NCBI RefSeq assembly: GCF_001194135.2
Contig: NC_068998.1
Coordinates: 6,816,837-6,852,881, forward strand
DNA: 36,045 nt
Reading direction: 5' to 3'
From: Octopus bimaculoides
Lineage: Eukaryota
Shown piece after piece: positions 11,350 through 21,092 of this stretch (positions are counted from its first letter, which is position 1; the number at the start of each line of letters is the position of its first letter). The notes below the pieces were generated by a model. It did not search any database. It saw only the letters and a program-made list of their open reading frames with translations, and was not told the DNA's origin. The position numbers were made by a program, and so were the translations under genes.

Positions 11350-11459
11350 TTAGTTGGCTAGAGGCTACAGTAGAAGACACTTGCCCAAGGTGCCACGCTG
11401 TAGGTCTGAACTTGGAACCATGTGGTTTGGAAGCAGCTTCTTACCACACTGCCATGCCT
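11350..11459 (-). mobile_element. SINE family A head (inverted)
   Basis: agaagacacttgcccaaggtgccacgc...gaaccatgtggttt...cttaccacac is the reverse complement of the family A head. Confidence 0.8.
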
Positions 11460-11489
11460 ACACCTATAATCACACCTACACATTCATCA

Positions 11490-12110
11490 CCATATTTATG
11501 TCATCTTTTCCATGCTTGCACGCACTGGATTGGTCGGTTCCATTCCAACACACTGCTTCACCATTTGTTGCATTCCATCTGTTCTGAAAGGTCAAAAACC
11601 TTGAGATCAGTCTCTGCCAGTTCTCCCCATGTCTTACTTCGTCTTCCTCTTTCACAATTCCTTCCACTTGACTGTCTTGTTATTTCTTTACTGACTTATC
11701 ATCACCATATTAGTACAGACGTTACATGTCTGTACAAAGGCAGGCATCTCTCTTGCACACTGTAACCGGTTCTTCTCCCAGTTTATCTCTCATTTCATTT
11801 GTACAATATCACTCATGCATCCTGAATTCTAACATCACACGCCCAGTGGACCATGCTCACTCAATTTCTTTTCAACCCTTACACCTCTGCATTCACTGTC
11901 CACACCTCACTGCCATACAGCACTACACTTCATACATTGTACTCTTTCCTTGGAGAAAGAATCCTCTTGTTGCCAGCAGAGATAACAGCTCCTTCAAATT
12001 TTTTTCACCCTGTCATCATTCTGGCTGGTCTCCTACTGTGCCCACCTCCACTAAAGCTTAAGTCGCTCAGGTAGCAGATGCTATTAACTACCTCTATGAA
12101 GTCTTCTAAG
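11490..12110 (-). mobile_element. Decayed RTE-clade LINE 3' fragment
   Basis: The minus strand reads SVVLYGSEVWTVNAEV*GLKRN*VSMVHWACDV (RTE motif MLYGSETW...SMLRWMC) and carries an EVVNSICYLSD-like motif. Many stops. Confidence 0.8.
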
Positions 12111-12600
12111 CATTAAAAAGAATTTCATTTATTTGGGCATCTTTTACTGTAGTTCTTGGCTGACCAGTACCTTGTGGGTGAGTCTGATTCACTAAAAGAT
12201 GCCTGTGTACACACACAAACACACACATGAGGACTTATAAGACTTGTGGGATGCCAGAAATGGCTAGGCACGATAACAGAGCTCACAGTGAAGATATCAT
12301 TGAAGATATCAAGCGTTCGTAAGATACCATAAATATGCAAGTACTAAATTCCAATTTAAACCATAAATCCGTACAAATTTCCACGAATATTTTAAGGATA
12401 TTTTATGAAAAGAGAAATAGAAAAGTAAAAATTTCCCCAAACTATGGCCTTCGGAACTGTCTACAAAATATATGAAAATTTAATCCGTTCACATTATCAA
12501 GGGGCAAAAAACTCCTACAAATCGTGGTGATATTACTTCCAATAACGATATGGTCGTTCACTTGATGTCATGACATGAGACGAGAGACTGTTAATGATGA

Positions 12601-12665
<65 letters not shown>

Positions 12666-12706
12666 TATATNNNNNNNNNNACAAAAAAACTGATAATAAT
12701 GTGGTT

Positions 12707-12855
12707 GAGTGGTTGGCGTTAGGAAGGGCATCCAGCTGTAGAAACTCTGCCAGATCAGATTGGAGCCTGGTGCAGCCAACTGGTTCGCCAGTCCTCAGTC
12801 AAATCGTCCAACCCATGCTAGCATGGAAAGCGGACGTTAAACGACGATGATGATG
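12707..12855 (+). mobile_element. SINE family B 3' part
   Basis: gagtggttggcgttaggaagggcatccagctgtag...cggacgttaaacgacgatgatgatga. Confidence 0.85.
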
Positions 12856-13269
12856 AAGGTTGTTTATAAGGCTGACCAAAGACATGTAAGTGGGCAGAAA
12901 CTGAAAGATGTCCATCATGGAGGCAATGACAAATGAGACCTTTGGCAATATGCAATGGCCACGCTCAAAATAGTGTATTTTACGTGTCATGCTATATTTA
13001 GTAAAAAAAAAAAAAGTTAAAATATAAGATGGGATGGTCATGGCTGGAATGCTTTTGATTATATAAATACTCCATTAAGGCTGGATTGGTGCTCCACAAC
13101 ACAGATAAAGGCAAGAAGCATCTGTTAAAACATTGGACAGTGGAGAGAGTAGGTCCTGTTTGGTCAGGTATGCTCTAGGGGTTTAACAACAAAAATATGC
13201 TGAAGATGACAACTGCAATGAGGGTGACCACAATGACAATGAGAAGAACAACAATGTGTTTGCACTTAC

Positions 13270-13433
13270 CGAAAGCTATTAATGAATATGGCCTGAGTGC
13301 AGCATCAACTTTGCTTTTGTCATAATCCAACAGAAATTCCCTCTGGACATCGTTGAGGAAGGAGAAGGCCAAGACAGAGGGATAAGAGACATCACACAAT
13401 ACAGAATAGGTTATATTTAAAGCTGAAATAAAA
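13270..13433 (-). CDS. SEC22A: SEC22A-like coding exon 2 (longin domain core)
   Basis: Acceptor cctctag|T, donor G|GTAAGT; 164 nt, phase 2 to phase 1. (Y)FISALNITYSVLCDVSYPSVLAFSFLNDVQREFLLDYDKSKVDAALRPYSLIAF aligns to SEC22A [33 protein letters not shown]...RPYCFIEF (recalled). Confidence 0.95.
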
Positions 13434-13552
13434 CTAGAGGAAAAGAAAAGAAAGTGAGAAAATAAATGCATACCCTTTCGTTACTATATTTCTGACCAAA
13501 ATACAACCCTCAGGAGTTTTAATTAAATTCTAAAATAATCATGAATTTAGAC

Positions 13553-14175
13553 TTTGCTTACCAACCACATGGTTCCGGGTTCAGTCTCACTGCGTGGCAC
13601 TTTGGGCAAGTGTCTTCTACTATAGCCTCGGGCCGACCAAAGCCTTGTGAGTGGATTTGGTAGACGGAAACTGAAAGAAGACCGTCGTATATATGTATAT
13701 GTATGTGTGTCTGTTTGTCCCCCCAACATTGCTTGACAACCGATGCTGGTGTGTTTACGTCCCCGTAACTTAGCGGTTCGGCAAAAGAGACCGATAGAAT
13801 AAGTACTAGGCTTACAAAGAATAAGTCCTGGGGTCGATTTGTTTGATTAAAGGCGGTGTTCCAGCATGGCCGCAGTCAAACGNNNNNNNNNNACCAAAGC
13901 CTTGTGAGTGGATTTGGTAGACGGAAACTGAAAGAAGACCGTCGTATATATGTATATGTATGTGTGTCTGTTTGTCCCCCCAACATTGCTTGACAACCGA
14001 TGCTGGTGTGTTTACGTCCCCGTAACTTAGCGGTTCGGCAAAAGAGACCGATAGAATAAGTACTAGGCTTACAAAGAATAAGTCCTGGGGTCGATTTGTT
14101 TGATTAAAGGCGGTGTTCCAGCATGGCCGCAGTCAAACGACTGAAACAAGTAAAAGAGTAAAAGAGAGTAAAGAG
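13553..14175 (+). mobile_element. SINE family A with a 247-bp artefactual duplication across the N gap
   Basis: 13636-13882 is repeated identically at 13893-14139. The tail is (taaaagag)n. An extra tail module lies at about 14245-14335. Confidence 0.88.
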
Positions 14176-14349
14176 TATATTAATGTGATATTTGGAACAT
14201 AATTGAAGAAAGGGTTCTTAATCAATTCTATTGCATAATTAATTAAGTCCTGGGGTCGATTTGCTTGACTAAAGGCGGTGCTCCAACATGGCCGCAGTCA
14301 AATGACTGAAACAAGTCAAAAGAGTAGAAAAGAGTAAATGCATACTTAC

Positions 14350-14543
14350 TATATGGCAAGCGGTCCTACAATGTAGCTGCACCTATCAGCAAAATGCGTT
14401 GCTCGTTTGCAAACCAGCTTCAACTGTTGAAAGCCTTCTTGCAAGTTGATTTTAGATTGACTACTGGGCGATATGCGGTCAGTACTGGCAGAGAGAGGAA
14501 GGCCATCGCTTGTCCGGCTGATCATAGTCTGGTAGATAAACAT
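14350..14543 (-). CDS. SEC22A: SEC22A-like vesicle-trafficking protein, coding exon 1 (longin domain N-terminus)
   Basis: Translates to MFIYQTMISRTSDGLPLSASTD...DRCSYIVGPLAI, matching the recalled vertebrate SEC22A/C motif R.DGLPLSASTD...DRC. Ends at a phase-2 donor TA|GTAAGT. A candidate upstream acceptor ctacag| lies at 14574. Confidence 0.93.
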
Positions 14544-14926
14544 GGTATCTGCTTTCGCCTCTGTCTTTGAGTTGCTGTAGGCAAGACTAAGTCAGCTAAT
14601 GTCTCATATCAATAATAGCCAAATGGTGGTAACAAAAATGAAATGAAAAAAGTACATAAATATAATATCAAGTGTGTCTATGAATGTGTGTGTGTGTGTA
14701 TATATATATATCTATAATAACAAATGCCAAAACGAGTGTCAGTGTGTCACACTTTGACCCCCTCTTTCCCTATTCAATGACACTTCTTCTATTCTTCTTG
14801 CTGGGGTGAGAGTAATAGTAGGCACAGAGAAGGTGAGGGTGGTGATAGATTGACAGTAGAGACGGTAATGGGGTGAGAGTAATAGTATGAGGTGTAGTCT
14901 ATCTATCTATCTTTCTATCTATCTAT

Positions 14927-15325
14927 AGGAGTGGCTGTGTGGTAAGTAGCTTGCTTACCAACCACATGGTTCCAGGTTCACTCCCACTGCGTGGCACCTT
15001 AAGCAAGTGCCTTCTACTAATGCCTTGGGCTGACCAAAGCCTTGTAGGTGGGTTTGGTAGTCAGAAGCTGAAAGAAGCCCGTCGTATATATATACATATA
15101 TATGTATCTGTGTGTGTATATGTTTGTCCCCCCCCCCCAACACATCGCTTGGCAACCGATGCTGGTGTGTTTACGTTCCGGTAACTAGCGATTTGGCAAA
15201 AGTGATCGATAGAATAAGTATTAAGCTTACAAAGAATAAGACCTGAAGTCAATTTGTTCGACTAAAGGCAGTGCTCCAGCATGGCCGCAGTCAAATGACT
15301 GAAACAAGTAAAAGAATAAAAGAAT
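14927..15325 (+). mobile_element. SINE family A, full length
   Basis: Complete head, body, internal (TA/TG)n and tail; preceded by (TATC)n. Confidence 0.9.
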
Positions 15326-15510
15326 ATATATGTATATATTNNNNNNNNNNGCCGCAGTCAAATGACTGAAACAAGTAAAAGAATAAAAGAATATATATAT
15401 ATATATTTGTAGGCAGGCGGCGAGCTGGTAGGATCGTTAGCGCGTCAGACAAAATGCTTAGAGACAGACACTTTCCTTCTCGACATTCAATAAACAAAGA
15501 AGCGGATTAC

Positions 15511-15600
15511 CTTACATCAAGGCTGACTGACGTAGATTAAACAAGATACACAGACGGACACTAACGGAAAAAAAAACGGGAGAGCGGGGCGTGACTTGTA
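15511..15600 (-). promoter_or_regulatory. Candidate SEC22A-like non-coding first exon / core promoter
   Basis: CpG-rich patch with a GC-box-like GGGGCGTGAC (about 15586-15595) and minus-strand donor candidates AAG|GTAATC (15510) or GAT|GTAAGG (15515), about 1 kb upstream of the first coding exon. No transcript evidence. Confidence 0.45.
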
Positions 15601-16139
15601 AGCATTTAAACTTCACACGTATTTTGACACTTGAGAAAGAAAAAAAAAAACAAGGCGTGAGAAAAGGAGGAGGAGAANNNNNNNNNNCACGTATTTTGAC
15701 ACTTGAGAAAGAAAAAAAAAAACAAGGCGTGAGAAAAGGAGGAGGAGAACAACATCAACCTGTTACCTTTCCTGTTTTTACTGAAACCAGCAGGTTCACA
15801 CACACACACACACATAGGGCTGGGAAAGCATGTTTTTTTTAAGCGACAAGAACATGTAGAGAAGAAGCGTAGCTCTGTATTGAGGAAAAAAATTAATCCC
15901 CTGTCAATTATAATCATACCAATTTATAATGTAGGCAACTTTTTAATTACTCCTGGAACTAGTTTAGCAACTGATTCTATCTGAGACCGCAATTACATCG
16001 TAGGAAAAATCATTTTTGTTATCTAAACACACACAAACTTACATTTAATTCACGGGATGTTAATATTTCCATCATAAAAAGACAGCGACCTCATAACAAA
16101 CTCTTACAAAAGTAAACACATGTTGGCAGTTTTCGTTTG

Positions 16140-16400
16140 TTTTCAGATGGCGAAGATGGCCCATGCACGCTGTAATAACCCAATTACTTACTGACTGCTT
16201 CGGTCTTAAATCATTTTTGTGCATTAAAATATAATTATTTCAGAGATTCCGCCAGAGGATGATTTAAAATTTGAATGTGTGCAAGGAGTTCTTCGCCCCT
16301 GCACGCGAGCGCTCGAACCGCTAGAAATGGCAGCCAAATTGGACCTCGTCAAGTAAAAGGGGAACGACACGTCGGATAATGCATCACACACATAATAAAT
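16140..16400. promoter_or_regulatory. CpG-rich promoter-like patch between the two genes
   Basis: Local CpG enrichment (gcacgcgagcgctcgaaccg), YY1-like AAGATGGC (16153-16160) and AAATGGC, and a strong minus-strand donor TCA|GTAAGT at 16191. Could be an alternative SEC22A-like first exon. Confidence 0.4.
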
Positions 16401-16979
16401 GGTCACAGTTGGAATGCCTTCGATGAAGGACATTCAGGGACTGAATAACAACAACTAATATTATATTGAGCCAGAGGCTGCTCAACCTGCTAGAGATAGC
16501 AGTCAAACCATCCTCAACTCACAACGTACGTTTTCTTAATAAATACTGTCTTGGACGATATAGTTCGGGTTAGCTTAGATCATAGACTTGCTCGATCTGA
16601 CTTGGAGATTAAGCAACAAATGTAGGAATGGAAAAAGAAAGGACAGAGCGATGAAGAGAAAAAACGAAAGCAGAAAGCAAACTAGGTCTACACAAACAGA
16701 TAAAAACATTGATATCATACAACAGAATGATAAAATACCGAGTCAAATTCTATGTTAAAGAAAAAAAAAAATAATAATAGGTGTATGGGAACACGTGATA
16801 ATAACAAGCAAAAATGAGTGGTATTATACAGACACATACATATATACACATACACACTTAATGTTTAGGGCTCCGATGACAGGTGTTACTCAGGCACTCA
16901 ACCAGAGTGGAAACAGATGTAAGCCAATGAAGTTCAAAAGAGAAGAGTTTATTCCTTTTGCCATTTCCTTACACCACTC

Positions 16980-17025
<46 letters not shown>

Positions 17026-17309
17026 GCTACAGAATCAGGGATGAGAAAGTTTTCATTAAATAATATTTCACTCTCACAGTAAATCATTAATTTTTTTCCC
17101 ATGGTGTAATTGTAATTCCCAGGAATATGAAATTAATCGTATATAAGCAAAACTATACTCTCAGCGAAACTTCGAAGTCACAATCAAAGTATAAGAAACA
17201 TCATACTCTACCCCTGTATTGAGTCCTTTAGTTAATGTTCGCTGTTTTTGTGCACACAAAAATATTGCGCGTAAGTATGTGTGTATAGCTTAATAAAACA
17301 CAAAGCCAC

Positions 17310-17365
<56 letters not shown>

Positions 17366-18179
17366 CTGTATGTATGTATATTTGTTGTTTAGAAGGAAGG
17401 AAGGACAGTCGATGAAATTGATTCCTCCACTAACACGTCGTTTTATTGACTCCAGAGAGATAAACAGTAAGATTCAGCTAAGGTAGCATTTGAACGCAGG
17501 ACGTAAATACCACAAAGTATTTTCGATCGTGGAAAGTAAACCAGGATTTCTATAAGAGAGATACGGTAGAGGCAACACGTTTTTTTGGAAAACTATGTCT
17601 CAATATAGGCGATGAAAAGGTATAAGACTACTTAAATGGTATTTTTCTTTCATCGACCCAAGAAAACGTGGTGTGAAAAATTGGTAAAGTGACCCCTGAG
17701 TGATGATGATTTGAACTTAGAAACAATCTCGAAAGGCTAAGTTTAATCAGTTGTGACATTGTGATGCAAAGCCGGTCGTACATTTTGAGGATGCGAAAAG
17801 AAAAAAAATATATATATAGTCGATTACATAAGTATTTGTTTGATATATATTACAACGGGAATCAGAATCAGAAAGGAAAAGTTAAAACTGACGCGTATGA
17901 TAACGAAATAAAGAGAAAATACCATTAATTTACATGACAGGAATATGACAACAGTAATATGGTCATTGATATTGATATGAATAAATAAATAAATTTTACA
18001 CACCATAACCGGCTTCTTTGACATTCCTAATAATAAGTTTTTGCGCTAGTTTCATCGAATAACAATAAATATTTATATGATAAGATTAATAATAATACTT
18101 TCAATATTATGATTGATCTTTCTATTAATTACATTTACTAATGGTTCGCTGATAAACAAAAGTATTTACCATAAATACA

Positions 18180-18527
18180 TCCGTCTCTCCGGCCTTCTCT
18201 GTCGATCTCTCCCCGTCTCTCTTTCTAAACATATGTTCGTGACAAGGTTTTTCTTTTTTTTTTTCGGACAACGTATCAAACCGGAAGTTTTGTCGAGAAT
18301 AATATCCGGTTTGCTACTTATGCTGCTCTCTTTTCCTTCTTTTGTTGGTCTTATTTCACAAAAGAGTTCCCATATTAGAGGTCGCTTCCGTTTCATTCCC
18401 TGTTGCCATAGCGACCAATATGTTATTGTTGATACTGATTTTCTTTTTGATGTATTTTCTGTTGGAAAACATTGTCATATTTTCTACTTTCATCCGCTAT
18501 TGCTGTTTTCACCGGCAATTTAGCCAG
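18180..18527 (+). promoter_or_regulatory. CFAP221 promoter and probable non-coding first exon
   Basis: CpG-rich. ETS motifs CCGGAAGT (18281-18288) and CTTCCG (18385-18390), an RFX X-box at 18402-18415, and a strong donor CAG|GTGAAT at 18528. Confidence 0.65.
18402..18415 (+). promoter_or_regulatory. RFX X-box
   Basis: GTTGCCATAGCGAC, 13/14 match to the canonical X-box GTTGCCATAGCAAC, about 1 kb upstream of the ATG of a ciliary gene. Confidence 0.8.
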
Positions 18528-19013
18528 GTGAATAATTTTGGTAATAATAACGACGACGGCTACAACAATAACAACGATTTTGAAGACGACGATATAAACG
18601 TAATTTTTAACCAACTTTTCTAAGACTGGAAAATAAAAAAAAGAAAAGAAAAAAAGAAGCAGGGAAGGAAAGAAAGGATAAACTTGTAAAATTTTGTCTT
18701 AATATGGAGATACAGTCTCAGCTGACAGAAACTTTAAAAAGAGAAAGATAGAGAAGAGAGAGAGATTAATTATAGCAGCTTTGTATAAATACGTTATTTC
18801 TGTTGATGGATTTTATTAAATGGTGATGGTCATTACTTGAAAGGGAAAGACTATAACTAATCGGAAAAAAAAGAAAATTAAATAAAAAGCATAACTTTTT
18901 ATCGGTACAGTATCGAGAAAAAAATCCTTCCAATTAATGGAATTTATAGTGGTGGTCGCTTCTTGATTAAAAAAAAAAAAGAACCCGGAAAAACAAACGA
19001 TGAATTAAGAAAA

Positions 19014-19044
<31 letters not shown>

Positions 19045-19208
19045 AAGTGTGTGTGTGTGTGTTCAACGATGTCTTATTTTTTTATTTTTATTTTTGTTTC
19101 ATTGAAGCAGTTCAGAGACATTCGAAACGGTTCATCTTGATCAGAAACTTACTGAATGCGATCTTTCCAGCATGGCTAAAATAAACAAAAGATCTAAGAA
19201 ATAACCAA

Positions 19209-19248
<40 letters not shown>

Positions 19249-19258
19249 NNNNNNNNNN

Positions 19259-19293
<35 letters not shown>

Positions 19294-19451
19294 TCTCTCA
19301 CAAACTCGGATACGTACATAAAAACTTTCATAAAGAAACTCGTCACTGTGGAATTTTTTTGCAATCATTTTTGAAAAAAATATATATATTTTCGTTAAAT
19401 GTCATATTAATATCGTCGTTTGGTCAGTTTAGAAACTTTATAAGGTCAATT

Positions 19452-19572
19452 ATGGCAACAGAATTGGATTGTACTGCGACGGGACAGAATGGAAGTAACT
19501 TTTTGGATACCTTCCAGTTAGTGGAATCTCTGGAAGACCGGCCACCGGTACCTAACCACCTGTTAGACACCA
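19452..19572 (+). CDS. CFAP221: CFAP221 (PCDP1) first coding exon
   Basis: MATELDCTATGQNGSNFLDTFQLVESLEDRPPVPNHLLDT with a phase-1 donor A|GTAAGT. VPNHLL matches the recalled human CFAP221 EVPNHLLESKVY. Splices in frame to the exon at 31283. Confidence 0.88.
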
Positions 19573-19644
19573 GTAAGTTACAAATGTCTTTCGTGTTTTG
19601 GTATTTTCAATAACCACACAGAAGAAGCGAAAGTATTTCTTTGG

Positions 19645-19652
19645 CAATTTCA

Positions 19653-19709
<57 letters not shown>

Positions 19710-19710
19710 C

Positions 19711-19771
<61 letters not shown>

Positions 19772-19782
19772 GTATCTATCTC

Positions 19783-19819
<37 letters not shown>

Positions 19820-19846
19820 ATATATATATATCTATCTATCTATCTA
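19645..19846. repeat. (TATC)n tetranucleotide microsatellite
   Basis: Seen directly. Source of the IYLS ORFs. Confidence 0.95.
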
Positions 19847-19851
19847 TGCAC

Positions 19852-20242
19852 AGGAGTGGCTGTGTGGTAAGTAGCTTGCTTACCAGCCACATGGTTCCGG
19901 GTTCAGTCCCACATCGTGGCACCTTGGGCAAGTGTCTTCTACTATAGCATCGGGCCGACCAAAGCCTTGTGAGTGGATTTGGTAGACGGAAACTGAAAGA
20001 AGCCCGTCGTATATATGTGTGTGTGTATATATGTTTGTGTGTCTGTGATTATCTCCCAACATCACTTGACAACCGATGCTGGTGTGTTTACGTCCTCCGT
20101 AACTTAGCGGTTCGGCAAAAGAACCCGATAGAATAAGTACTAGGCTTACAAGAATAAGTCCTGGGGCCGATTTTCTCGACTAAAGGTGTTGCTCCAGCAT
20201 GGCCGCAGTCAAAATGACTGAAACAAGTAAAAAAAATAAAAG
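19852..20242 (+). mobile_element. SINE family A, full length
   Basis: aggagtggctgtgtggtaagtagcttgcttacc...gactgaaacaagtaaaa. Confidence 0.9.
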
Positions 20243-20827
20243 GATACTTGAAAACTAACCCTGTTTTTCTAAGGGAAGCAACTCTTTACTTTATTTGTAC
20301 GAGTTAACGTTACTGTCAATTTTTTTTTTTTTTTGCTCTACACAATTCATTTAGCTTTAAAATACTTTTTTAATATGTCAGTTTTCAAATTCAGTTATAT
20401 ATTTATTTATGACTTGGAATTTAATTCCTGCTCTGTATATGACTGAAAAATAGTTGTTTTTTTTTATCTTTCTGTTTCTCAGTTTTGCCGTATTTTTTTT
20501 TAATCTTCTATCATATTTTCTTTTTTATCTTTCTGCTTCTCAATTTTGCCAGCTTGTGTGCAGCTGCAGAATAAAATAAACTGCTTAGAAAACTTGTAAT
20601 AAGGAACCCACGCAGTACCAGCTAGTTTGCGTTTATCTATCACTACATCACTTGCATGACAACAACCAAAAAAGAAATTAGTCCTTTTCCAACCCAAATT
20701 TCAAACGAATCTTTTGTCCCCCCCCCCCCAATCTCTGCTGACTTCATATATCACTCCAAACCCACCGACTTTCTCCAACTAGGATAGTTCTGTTTGCTCA
20801 TGTACACCTGTTGATTAAGCCACTACA

Positions 20828-20891
20828 GATCACCTGTACACAATAAAGATTGATCACCTGTACAGAATAAAGATAGATCACCTGTACATAA
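20828..20891 (+). repeat. 24-bp tandem repeat (about 2.6 copies) containing CACCTG and AATAAA
   Basis: gatcacctgtacacaataaagatt / gatcacctgtacagaataaagata / gatcacctgtacataa starting at 20828, 20852 and 20876. Confidence 0.9.
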
Positions 20892-21092
20892 TTAACCAAA
20901 TGCCTGCTCACAAATAAGGTTATCTCAAGTGTTGTTTTGTATACATATTTGATGGCATGTCAGATACAGGTTTTTTTCCCAAAAAATTGTCCTGTATCCA
21001 AAATGTGAAGCCGAGGCTCCCATATGCTTTGATGCACTAAAATCATTGTTTCCTCAATATGTACTGCTGAAATGGGAATGCATTTAACGTAC

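Noticed and set aside
11283-12074. Several plus-strand ORFs of 73-160 aa
   Set aside because: They are antisense to a SINE head and a decayed RTE LINE.
12373-12460. Open phase 1-to-1 minus-strand segment (DSSEGHSLGKFLLFYF...) as the missing SEC22 exon
   Set aside because: No similarity to the expected DNFIQxTKxRYN...RPPY sequence, a T-rich intron-like composition and a weak donor.
18113-18623. 136-aa and 93-aa plus-strand ORFs over the promoter
   Set aside because: Low-complexity T-rich promoter/5' UTR sequence with no recognisable homology. CFAP221 homology begins at 19452.
20828-20891. CRISPR-like array
   Set aside because: Eukaryotic context, and the units are contiguous with no unique spacers.
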